A model generated the notes under the pieces. That model was not told the DNA's origin. It ran no database searches and was given only the letters and a program-made list of their open reading frames with translations. The translations under genes and the position numbers were made by a program. A stretch of DNA of 62,963 nucleotides, the filler included, from Chiloscyllium plagiosum (taxonomy: Eukaryota): the NCBI RefSeq assembly GCF_004010195.1. It is 4 parts of one record of this genome, joined end to end, with 100 filler letters (N's around TTAATTAATTAA, not from the genome) between each part and the next. Parts side by side here need not be neighbours in the genome. Positions count along the whole stretch, not along the records: positions 42,405 to 56,597 come from NC_057717.1; positions 56,698 to 62,963 come from NC_057717.1; 2 more parts are not named here. The stretch is one strand, 5' to 3'. Below are positions 52,582 to 62,963 of this stretch, piece after piece. Within the stretch, counting starts at the first letter, position 1, and each line of letters starts with the position of its first letter.

Positions 52582-53260
52582 TTGGGGGAAGGTGGTACAA
52601 TTAGGATCCCACGTTATTGCCAAGCCCCCGAGGATCTGGTGGATGGCATGGTGCAGGAGAGGGACATTATCTTTCTCCAAGACTGGCAGGGGAGGCCACA
52701 ACACCAGGCCCTGCAAGCTTGGTCCGAAGGTGACCCCTGGGTCAGTGAGGTACCAGCCTTTTGAGTGAATGCCCAGCAGTGTGGGAAGGAGGTCAGTGAC
52801 CTTCCCCAGTCCACCAGGGAAAGTACCACCATCTGCACTTTGTGACCTCACCCTCACTCTCTCTGTTACTGCACCCACCTCCCACCAATTCTCATGTTCT
52901 CCCACCTCGCACCAAGGCTCATGTTCTCCCACCTCCCACCAAGTCTCATGTTCTCCCACCCTCACTGAATGCAGCACCTCCTCTCAGTCTCTCCAACCTC
53001 ACCTCTGCCTTTCTCTGCCTTGTGTCTGTGCTGCCTATTCACTCACTCAGGACACCTCGCCAACTTTCCCCAAGATGTACCAGCGTTAACAGCTTCACCA
53101 ACTCTTTCCATCTCCCTTAATCGCTCTTGCTGATTTTCACATCCCAGAAGGAACCATCCCACAATAGGAGAGAAAGAGCCAAGAGGCACAGGAGTTTCCC
53201 TAACATTCAGCTCCTCACCCCCTCACAGGGGGAGGATCCTGACCCTCACAACCATGAGAG
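52582..53260 (+). pseudogene. Decayed two-exon Myb/SANT-like DNA-binding gene (Harbinger-associated type), copy 2
   Basis: Exon 1 reads PRY...LVDGMVQERDIIF...QALQAWSE....VS....*VNAQQCGKEVSDL..STR and ends at 52818 with a mutated donor GAAAGT. The CAG acceptor ends at 53147. Exon 2 reads KEPSHNRRERAK...PNIQLLTP. There is an in-frame stop at 52762-52764. Confidence 0.75.
52874..52954. repeat. 27-bp tandem repeat x3 in the Myb pseudogene intron
   Basis: Three copies of CCCACCTCCCACCAA..CTCATGTTCT. Confidence 0.9.
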
Positions 53261-53496
53261 GCTGACTGACCGTGCCCAAGCTCCTGGACAGAGATCTGAG
53301 ACTCCCCCCGACTCACTGTGTTGAGCACCGTGCTGACTGTGGACAATGATATCAAGCTTCCTGGTTTTGTGTCTGTGCTAAATACCAAGACAATACAGCA
53401 GGCGGGCGAGCCTGTAGCTCTGGCTGAGGGGTAACACTGCTGAGAGCGGGGTAAGGTAAGGCAATAATTCCGTGAGTATTCAAGTCAGCTCAAAGT

Positions 53497-53679
53497 GAGT
53501 GTATACAAACATGGAGTGAGCAGCCCCCAGAGGAACAGTCCATGAGCTGGGTGTGTGTCCCTGAGCACAGTGTCCTTGCAGCAGCATTGAGTGTGTATCA
53601 ACACGGAGTGAGCAGCCCAGAGGGGCAGTCCATGAGCTGGGTGGGTGTCCCTGAGTACAGTGTCCTTGCAGCATCATTG
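53497..53679. repeat. About 92-bp tandem duplication
   Basis: GAGTGT...GGAGTGAGCAGCCC...CAGTCCATGAGCTGGGTG...CAGTGTCCTTGCAGCA occurs twice. Confidence 0.9.
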
Positions 53680-54189
53680 CAATGAGAGTTATCAGTGCAC
53701 CCTGAGCTGCAGCATTGAAGTACAGAAGCGTACTGTCAGTGGGTCAGAGATGTGCTGGGATGGCATGGTGAGGCTGGCATGTGACAGATGCCAGCATTGG
53801 TGGGTGTGGAGTACATGCAGCTTCTATCAGTGCAGTGTCCCCCAAGACGTTAGTGTCCAAGATAGAAGGCCGTAGGAGCGAGGGGCGAGATGGAGTCACC
53901 AGTTACCAGCTCTAACGTTCATGTCAATTCTCCATATTGAGTTTCTCAGCAGTGTGAGTGAGCATATGAATCTGCAAGTTGATGAGGAGAGATCAGCAAC
54001 AATGTGGCTGTTGATCATCAGTAATCATTCAGTGAGCATCTCGCCACTGCTGGGTTCAAATCTTGTCTTAAAATACAGTCCGGCACAGGAACAGGCCCTT
54101 CAGCCCAGCAAGCTCACACTGACACATGATACCCTTCCAAAGTTGAAACGAAAGTTTTTGCTTCTACACATTCTATGTCATTCTATTCG

Positions 54190-54736
54190 TTGTTGCAGCT
54201 CTATAAAACTTTGGTTAGACCGCACTTGGAATACTGCGTCCAGTTCTGGTCGCCCTATTGTAGGAAATACGTGGATGATTTGGAGAGGGTTCAAAGGATG
54301 TTTACCAGGATTGGAGGGCTTATCTTATGAAGAGATGTTGACTGAGCTCGGACTCCTTTCATTGCAGAAAAGGAGGAGGAGAGGGGACCTAATTGAGGTA
54401 TACAAGATAATGAGAGGTATAGATAGAGTCGATAGCCAGAGACTAATTTCCCAAGGCAGAAAGGGCTAACACGAGGGGTCATTGTTTTAAGCTGGTTGGA
54501 GGAAAGTATAGCGGGGATGTCAGAGGCGGGTTCTTTACACAGAGAGTTGTGAGAGCATGGAATGCGTTGCCAGCAGAAGTTGTGGAAGCAACGTTATTGG
54601 GGATATTTAAGAGACTGTTGGACATGCATATGGTCACAGACATTTGAGGGTGCATACATGAGGATCAATGGTCGGCACAACATCGTGGGCTGAAGGGCCT
54701 GTTCTGTGCTGTACTGTCCTATGTTCTATGTTCTAA
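54190..54736 (+). mobile_element. Young CR1 3' end
   Basis: LEGLSYEEMLTELGLLSLQKRRRRGDLIEVYKIMRG; tail TATGTTCTATGTTCTA. Confidence 0.92.
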
Positions 54737-55600
54737 TACCATTAGGGAGGGAACTTAAAACAGTGACACTGAAGGAATGGCAATATACTTCCCAATCAGG
54801 ATGGTGGGTGGCTTGGAACGGAATGCGAACATGATGATGACCCATGTGTCTGTTTCCCTTGTCCTTCTTCACGGTCATGATTTCAGACGTACGTTGTAAG
54901 AAGCCTTGTTAAAATCCTGCAGGGCACCGTGTCGATGGCAGGTATTGCTGCTCTTGAGTGTCAGTGTATGAGGGGTGCAGCTGCATTCGCAGGCAAATAG
55001 GGAGGGGGCGGGTATTTCATTGCACACACATTCAATGTGTGTCTTCTAGATGGTGTGCAGGCTTTTGGAAATCATGACGTATGTTATTTCTGCGGCATTC
55101 CTAGCCCTTGAGATATTTTTGTAGCCAATTAATTTATATGCGTCAAAGTGTGACGCTGGAAAAACACAACAGGTCAGTCAGCATCTGAGATACAAGAGAG
55201 TCGATGTTATAGCATAAGCCCTTCACAGGCATGGGTAATGAAATTATATGGTCAGTACATTTCTGGTTAACGGTAATCTGCGGGATATTGGTCATTGGGA
55301 GTTCAATGATGGTGCTGACATTGAACTTTAGAGGATATGATTCCATTTTCAATTATTAGAGGTAATCGTTGTCTGGCATGTGTGCAATGGGAATGGTACT
55401 TTTCAAGGTTAAGCACACACCTTCATATTCCTAGGTCCTTGTTGCATTTGGATAAGGATTGCTTCAGTATCAGAGTAAATCACAAATAGTGTTGAATATT
55501 GTCCAATCATTGGTAAACATCCCCAATTGTGACTTCACTTGAGTAGGGATGGTCATTTATGAAGCAGCTGAAAATTATTGGGCCTAGGGCAGAGAGCACT
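54737..55600 (-). mobile_element. Fragments of a second CR1/L2-group LINE family (related to 60470-61650)
   Basis: Sequence similarity to 60630-61560; other fragments at about 23600-23980 and 36400-36700. Confidence 0.65.
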
Positions 55601-55772
55601 CTTACAGATCACTAATGCTGTCCCTCTCTCTGAGCTAGGAATCTGGCTTCTAGTTCCACCTGCTCCAGAGGTGTTCAGCAACATAACTGAATGCAATAAT
55701 ATTACAATATCTACCATGTGGAGCTGAGTGATGACTTGGTTAGTTGGAAGCTGGTTTGTAATGCAGATTGTT

Positions 55773-56051
55773 GGGCGACATGGTGGCACAGTGGTTAGCA
55801 CTGCTGCCTCACAGCGCCAGAGACACGGGTTTAATTCCCGACTCAGGTGACTGACTGTGTGGAGTTTGCACATCCTCCCACAGTCTAAAGATGTGCAGGT
55901 CAGGTGAGTTGGCCATGCTAAAATGCCCGTAGTGGAAGGTAAAAAGGCTTACATGTGGGGGTATGTGTGGGTTGCGCTTCGGCGGGTTGGTGTGGACTTG
56001 TTGGGCCGAAGGGCCTGTTTCCACACTGTAAGTAATTTAATCTTATCTAAT
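55773..56051 (+). mobile_element. HE1-type V-SINE with an internal deletion, inserted in another tRNA-like SINE
   Basis: GGGCGACATGGTGGCACAGTGG head; part of the V core is missing; tail TAATCTTATCTAAT. Confidence 0.88.
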
Positions 56052-56597
56052 TAATACTAACAGTATGGGTTCAATTCATGCACTGACTGAGGTGTCCTAC
56101 TCGAACTCTCCCTCACTTCTGCCAGCTACTGCCAGCTGTCTCTGTCTAACGAAAGAGCAGCCCAATCATCCTGTCGGGGTATGGTGCGCTACCTTTCCAT
56201 TTCTGATCTACCGGCTTACCCAGAAACCCCTCCCCTGGGGAACTGCGGCAGAGCTGAGATGGCTGCTCTCCACACCCCAGCCACCTTCCTTTATACCAGG
56301 TATAACTTCTGCCAATGCAGACGATTCATATTTGCTCCAGGTTTGCCGTTAATCCTCGATACAAGATTTGCTCAAATGCAGTTAGGATCATGTTAAAAGT
56401 GCAGTCACTGTCACCTCACCTCTCGAATTCAGCTGAGTGTTCTCTTGTACATCGTTTAGCTGAAGTTTGCCATCTGGAGGAGACTAAATTTGACCATCCC
56501 ATCGATATTTCTGTCTGAACGTTGTTGTGCAAGTTTCAGCCTTAGCTTTCCTATTATTGTGCTGGGCTCTTCAATCTTCGAGGAAGGTGGTATTTGT

Positions 56598-56697
56598 NNN
56601 NNNNNNNNNNNNNNNNNNNNNNNNNNNNNNNNNNNNNNNNNTTAATTAATTAANNNNNNNNNNNNNNNNNNNNNNNNNNNNNNNNNNNNNNNNNNNN
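56598..56697. other. 100-bp scaffold gap with TTAATTAATTAA linker
   Basis: 44 N + linker + 44 N. Confidence 0.97.
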
Positions 56698-58680
56698 GTT
56701 TGCCGGATTTTCTGAGAATGATGGTTTGGCAGGCTGTTCCAAGGCAATGCCATCGAGTTTGGATTCACAGGCTGTTCCTAGGAGAACCAAGTGGTGGTGT
56801 GCTTACAGGCCCTTGCTGGGACATTCCGAGTGGTGATGGTTTCGCAGACAGTCTCTGGGTATACTAATGGTGAGGTATTCACAATCTGTTGTTAGGAGAT
56901 CAGGGAAGGGATTATCTCACAGGCTATTGCTAGGATAACAGAGTGGCTGTATTGTCACAGGTCTTTGCTCGGGAACGAAGGGGGAATGAGACGAGAGGCT
57001 TTTTCCAGGAGACCAGAGTGAGGATGGATTCAATGGACTTTGCTGGGAAAACAAATTGTTATGTGTTCAAGGATCGTTGCTAGGAGAATTGAGAGGTGAT
57101 GGTTTCGCAGACCATTGCTTGGTGAAGAAAGTGGGGATTCGTCCACACGCCATTGCTATGAGAACAGAGTGTGGTGGCTTTTCAGGACAACGTTTCGAGA
57201 AAACAGTCGGGATGTAGTCACAGGCCGATGCTAGAAGAATAAAATGAGGATGGATTCACTGACTTTCGCCATGTGAACAGAATGCAGACAGTGGACATCA
57301 CACTCCACTACGTAGGGTACAGATTGGATTCATAGGATGCTAATGGGAGATCAGACTGTTCATAAGTCTGTAAGGTATTTGTTCGAATGTCCCACTCATG
57401 ATGGGTTCACATGCAGTTCTGAGGGGATACCAGGGGCTTGGGGTCACAGGTCTTTGCTACAGGACCAGATTGTGGATTGTTTTACAGGCTATCGCTTGGG
57501 CAACAGAGTGGGAATGGTTTCACAGGCTGATGCTCAGGTAACAGAGTGATTAGATTAGATTACTTCCAGTGAGGAAACAGGCCCTTCGGCCCAGCAAGTC
57601 CACACCGACCCACCGAACTGCAACCCACCCAGACCCATTCCCCCTATATTTACCCCTTCACCTAACACTATGGGCAATTTCGCATGGCCAATTCACCTAA
57701 CCTGCACATTTTTGGAGTGTGGGAGGAAACCGAAGCACCCGGAGGAAACCCACGCAGACACAGGGAGAATGTGTCAGTCGCCTGAGGCGGGAATTGAACC
57801 CAGGTCGCTGGCGCTGTGAGGCAGCAGTGCTAACCACTGTGCCACCATGCTGCCCCTATGTGGACGGGTTCACAGATCATTCCTCGGGAAGCAGCGGGAA
57901 TGGTTTTCAGAGTCTAGTCTAAGGAGAGCAGTGTGGCATGAATTCACAAGCTGTTGTGAGGAGAACAGAATTGGCAAGGGTTCACAGGCACTTTCGCGGT
58001 TAACGAATTGTGAATGAGTCCATAAGCTGTTGCTCAGAAAAGAGTGAGGATAGGATCACAGGCCGTTCCTAGGAGAACCGAGTGGGGATCAGTTGACATG
58101 TCATTACCAGCGACACAGGGTGGAGAATTGTTCACAGACTGTTGCAAGGTAAAAAGAGTAAGAATGACACTATAGGCCGTTGCTATGCAAACAGAATGGG
58201 GATGGTTTTACAGGCCGTTGCTAGGACTGGCTGATGATAGAATCATAGACTGTTGCTATGAGAATAGAGTGGGGATCTGCGCTTTTCCAGCAACACATTT
58301 TTCAGCTTCACAGATCGTTGACAAGAGAACAGAATCTACAAGCATTCACCGGAAGTTTTTCTGGACATTGTGTAGTGATGGGGTCACAGGATGTTGCTGG
58401 AGGATCAAAGCAGGCATTGGATTTAATGGCCAATGCTAATCGAACAGTTTGATGATGGGTTCACAGGCCGTTACGAGGAAAAGAGAGTGGGGATAGATTC
58501 ACAGGGCTGTTGCTGGGGGAACAAAGTGATGATGGATTCATAATGCATTGTTGGACAACAGAGTTGGGATGGTTTCAAAGGCTGTTGATTGGAGAACAGT
58601 GTGGAAATAGTCTCATAGGCAGTTTGTCTGAGAACTGAATGTGGTTGGGTTTATAAACCGTTCCCAGCGCAACATAATGT
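56698..58680. repeat. Diverged minisatellite of about 38 bp (roughly 40+ copies), interrupted by a SINE
   Basis: Consensus approximately GGGGATGGGTTCACAGGCTGTTGCTAGGAGAACAGAGT, repeated head to tail. Confidence 0.88.
57549..57855 (-). mobile_element. HE1-type V-SINE inside the 38-bp array
   Basis: A box, B box, V core and (AATCT)n tail. Confidence 0.9.
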
Positions 58681-60469
58681 AGATCAGTTGAAACGCAGTT
58701 GTACCATATGTTTCATTGTGAGTGTCCCAGTCTGCTGGTAGTTTCAGTTACAACTCTATCGTGGTACAACTTTGTTACATCGTCAGATTTTGAGAGCAAT
58801 ATGTGAGGGAGTTTGTTCAATGTCATAAGTCCCAATGAGTATCGATGTTGCAGGGAGGTTTCTGCTCAACGTTATTGCAGGTTTAGTTTTTATTCAGCGT
58901 CATCTCTCCAGAGTGAGAAATCCATTGGGATCTACACTTCGCCCACATTTTCCGGCCCCAGTTCCAGCTCAGGGTGTGAGGGAGTGGAGGGCATTGTGTG
59001 AAGGCTTTTCCCTCATTCACAATTCATTTCCCTCCTCTGTCTCAGAGTGGAGCTCATTGACACTTATACATTATGGAAAGGGAGGGCCAGACAATTATAG
59101 AAAAAGACATTATGCTCTTGTTGGGGTCTACTGCAGGGAGTGGGGTGTTATGAGAGAAGGGGTGATGCCATTTAGAAAAGAGAATATATGAAGCACAGAA
59201 CTGCCTGTTCTGAAAATCTGAAACAACAAAAGAAATCGTTGGTCAAAGTCTGTGGTATGTTTATTTAAAAGGCAGTGTTAACTTATCTAGTCCAGGGTCC
59301 CTTCTTTGTTAACTCAGTTGGAGTTCAGTCAAAGATTCATAATTATGCAGGAATGAAGCTGACCCTTTGGTCTAACTCGTCTACACAGAAATGTTGCGGT
59401 GTAATGACCAAACGATTTATTTAAAACGCAGAAGTTAATTTCCAGCATCAACGATTTTATTGCAATTACATGAGTATAAAGAACCTCTCTGAAAATCTAG
59501 AGATGTGTCCTCCAACAAAGGAAAACATAATTTTTGTTTCACCCCATCTGTGGATATTTTGAAAGTTGTGTGATTAAGCTTCAGCATAACAAGAGTCATT
59601 TTTGCCAATGCGATTGATAATTGGTTTAAAGCCGACTCAGACACATGCGTGAAAAACAGACTGCTACATAGATCTTATAGTTACAATGTGAAGAAATGCT
59701 TGCGATTAAGTAGACTAACAGAATGCACTGACCGTTGTTATGTAGTTTTGGCGAGGATCACGTAAAATATACATGAAGAGCATAATTAAAGCTGTTGCTG
59801 AAAGGGTCTAAACTTGTGGGCCTTTAGTTGAAATATTGGAATAAATAAAGCCGGATATCTGAAAAGATCACACGCTCTTTCCTTATTTCTTATGAATCGA
59901 AAAATTGGCGTAGCTGGCAGGATTACCACGACGGATATTGGAATGCTGAAGTGCCCATAGACCATATCGCCGCCAAACGTAAGGAGTCTTCTTCAAATTT
60001 AATATGCTTAGTTGAGAATGAAAACCCAGACTCACTTCGTCTGCCACAATCCATAACCTGTCCAGGAACTTCCACTTGAGCCCATATTACTTACAGACAT
60101 CTGCAGTTGTCAGAGAAAGCAATAAGTCACCCTTCCACCCTAGCTATATGACTAGCCTATTACCCGACACCCATTGTTGAGTGGAATGTCTCGTAGTCTT
60201 CTAACTGATGCCTGTAATCGGCAGAGAGGGAGAGAGCGCGAAGACTGTCCTCTGGCTCATTGAGTCAATGTAAATATCCAGAAATAATGTTTAAGTCTAA
60301 ATTGCATAAGCAGTGAAAGAAGCACAGGCTCCAAACTGATATTTCAGAATGAAGTTCTCCAATCATTAAGGAATACTTGGAAGAACAGTTTGACAATCAA
60401 AAATTTGTCAAAAGTTCATGAGACGTCGGCAATCTCTCGTGCCAATGTTCAATCCATTATTATTATTCA

Positions 60470-61650
60470 TTTCTAGGACCTTGGCGTCGCCGTCTGGCCA
60501 GCATTGATCGCCCTATGGAATCGATCTTGTGAAGTTGGTGGTGGTCTGTCGTCTTGAATCTCTATAGTCTACTTGCTGTCGTTTGACCCACAATGCCGGT
60601 TGCTAGGGAATTCCAGGATTTTGTCCCAACGACTGTGAAGGAGGGGCGATATATTTCCAATTCAAGGTGTTGAATTCCTTGGAGGGAATTTACAAGTAGT
60701 GTTGCCCTCACGTACCTGCTGCCCTTGCCCTTCGAGATGGAAGTGGTCGTGGGTTTGGGAGGTGCATTCGAAGGATCTTTAGTGATTTTATGCAATGCAT
60801 CTTGTAGATAGTAACTGCTACTGAGCGCCAGTAGTGAAGAGATTGCATGTTTGTAGATGTGTTGCCAATCAACTGGTTTGCTTTGTGTTGGATAGTGTCA
60901 AACCTGTTGAGTGTTTTTGGAGTTGCATGGATCCAGGCAATTGGGGAGTGTTCCATCACACTCCTGTCTTGTGTCTTGTAGATGGTGGATAGAATTTGGG
61001 ATGTCGGGAGGTGAGTTACTCTCCGCAGTATCCCTAGTATCTGACTTGCTCTTGTAGCCAGTGTCTTTACGTCGTGATCCCAGTTATGTTTCTGGTCAAT
61101 TGGAACCCCAAGCATGTTAACAGTTGGGATTTCAGTTTTGGTAATACCGTTGAATTAGATTAGATTAGATTACTCACAGTGTGGAAACAAGCCCTTTGAC
61201 CAAACAAGTCCACACCCACCCGCCGAAGTGCAACCCACCCAGACATTTACCCCTTCGCCTAACACTATGGGCAATTTAGCATGGCCAATTCACCTAACGT
61301 CAAGGGGCATGGTGAAAGTATCCATTGCTGCTGATGGTCATTGTCTAGCACATGTGTAGTGCAAATTTTACCTTCAAGTTGTCAATACGAGATGAAATAT
61401 TTCCCGAGCGTGTTGCGTTTGAGCACTGACTGCTTCAGTATCTGACGAGTCGAGAATGGTGTTAACAACTCTGGATTCATTGGCGAACGTCCCCAGTTCT
61501 GACCTTATGATAGAGCGAAGGTCATTGATGAAGCAGTTGAAGATTGTTAGACCTCTGTCATTACCCTGAGGGACTCCTGCAGAGGCATCTTGGAGCTGAG
61601 ATGTCTGACGCTCCACAATCACAACCATCTTCTTTTGTACTGGCTATGAC
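60470..61650 (-). mobile_element. Second CR1/L2-group LINE family, RT and 3' end
   Basis: AGVPQGNDRGLTIFNCFINDL...FANE (61374-61628) and LGVPIDQK...GILRRVTH...IYKTQDRSVMEHS (60708-61115). Confidence 0.85.
61155..61298 (-). mobile_element. HE1-type SINE 3' half inserted in the LINE
   Basis: (AATCT)3 tail and 3' body only; the LINE sequence resumes on both sides. Confidence 0.85.
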
Positions 61651-62963
61651 AGGTAATGAAAGTTATTAACTTTATTTGGGGTGAATCCAGCTGCCAAAAA
61701 ATGAATTCGCTGGCCTATTTGTTTAATGCAGCACATTAGACAGCGACAAGAATTCATAGCCAACTTTAATCATGATCGGGAAATTAATCATCTAAAAGAA
61801 CAATGGAAAGCTTTTGTGAATAACTTAAAATGATTAAAAAAAACATTGGCGTTAAAGCATGAAGGTCTCATAATGAAAATTCTTCGTCCGTACCATGTAC
61901 GAATATTCCACTCTTTACCACCTCTGGGACAAGCCAAGACGAGGAAAAGGCGAAAGTCTGGAAAGTGGGCGAACAATTTGGTCCCACGTCCAGTGAGTCT
62001 GAAGAAGATGACAAGTAAGTAAATTTATGGCTGTTATAAAGCTGGAGCCGGAAGGAGGCGAACAAACAAAAGACTAGAACGGTGTAGTCACAATGGGGGA
62101 AAAACAGAGCTGACAAGCCAATTAAAGGCTGTTTGCGAGAAAATCAAGTGCACCAAAAAACAGAGAAACCTGAACAAATCCTTCGACAAAGTGATCTATA
62201 AAGCGGGACTAGATAACTGCCCAGCATTGGGTTCTATGCAGACCACAGCAATACAATTGTTTTCAGGCCATTCTGAGTGAAGCCGTTACAAGTGTTTGAG
62301 ATGAATTTTATTGTACTTTCTCTAACGTTCAATGTTTTTTTATGTACTTATCCAAATTTTCGTGAGATTGGACAGTAAATTCCTGAAACAAACCCAATGG
62401 CAGCATTTGAATCAGCAATCAGCATATTTATATTCTTCTGTTCTCAGGGACAGCTTTGCAAGGAACCGGACAGCACTGCTCTGAGTCTCCAAAGTCATTC
62501 TTTGAAGAAGGAAACAGCGTGCAATGTCCAAAAGATGGAGGCAGTGACGGAATTTTTCAGGCGAAACTCATCTGCGCTGTCCGTTCTTTTTTTTCTGATT
62601 TTCTTTTATATTCTGTTTTCTGAAACATTTTTTTCTCTAATTTTTTAATTTAAATAATCCTAGGGGAATGTAGAATGAGAGAGCCAGAATGCAAATAAGG
62701 GGTGGAGGTGCAAGACCACGAGTTCTGAAATCCAGTAGGGTCTTTCGTCTGGCCTAGACGAATTCTGGGTAATCCAAGATGGAGGACGGGAAAACTTTCT
62801 GGCTGTAAGAGCTGCACCTTTTTTTGAGGTATGTTAGGTGTTGGAGGTGATTTCCTCGAATTCCAAGGCAGCGATTACTGTTTTATATGGTTGCATTGTT
62901 TTGGTACTTTGGAAAAAAAATCAAAACAACAGCAGATTGAAAGGGGGAAGAGCAGACAAAGGA

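Noticed and set aside
56698..58680. CRISPR-like array (repeat about 38 bp)
   Set aside because: The units are contiguous and diverged with no unique spacers; there are no cas genes and the context is vertebrate.

Overview
This is eukaryotic DNA from a cartilaginous fish. The HE1-type V-SINEs, HER1/CR1 LINEs and Penelope tails point to an elasmobranch; the species cannot be determined from the sequence. Most of the window is decayed, nested transposable elements: CR1-clade LINEs, a second CR1/L2-group LINE, several tRNA-derived SINEs, two Penelope-like retroelement (PLE) families with RT and GIY-YIG remnants, two Gmr1-like Gypsy LTR elements (integrase before RT in the long copy), two intron-containing Myb/SANT (Harbinger-type) pseudogenes and several minisatellites. 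The only convincing host coding sequence is the first coding exon of a class A GPCR of the GPR139/GPR142-like type (28190-28322, +); its 7TM exon is not in the window. The most striking non-coding signal is a recurring minimal hammerhead ribozyme motif (CUGANGA...GAAACGUH) in PLE tails. It occurs as an intact copy, in inverted pairs, in head-to-head palindromes and as a 126-bp solo insertion with a 9-bp target-site duplication. There are four assembly gaps, three carrying an artificial TTAATTAATTAA linker. Family names come from motif recognition by eye, not database searches, and boundaries of decayed repeats are approximate.
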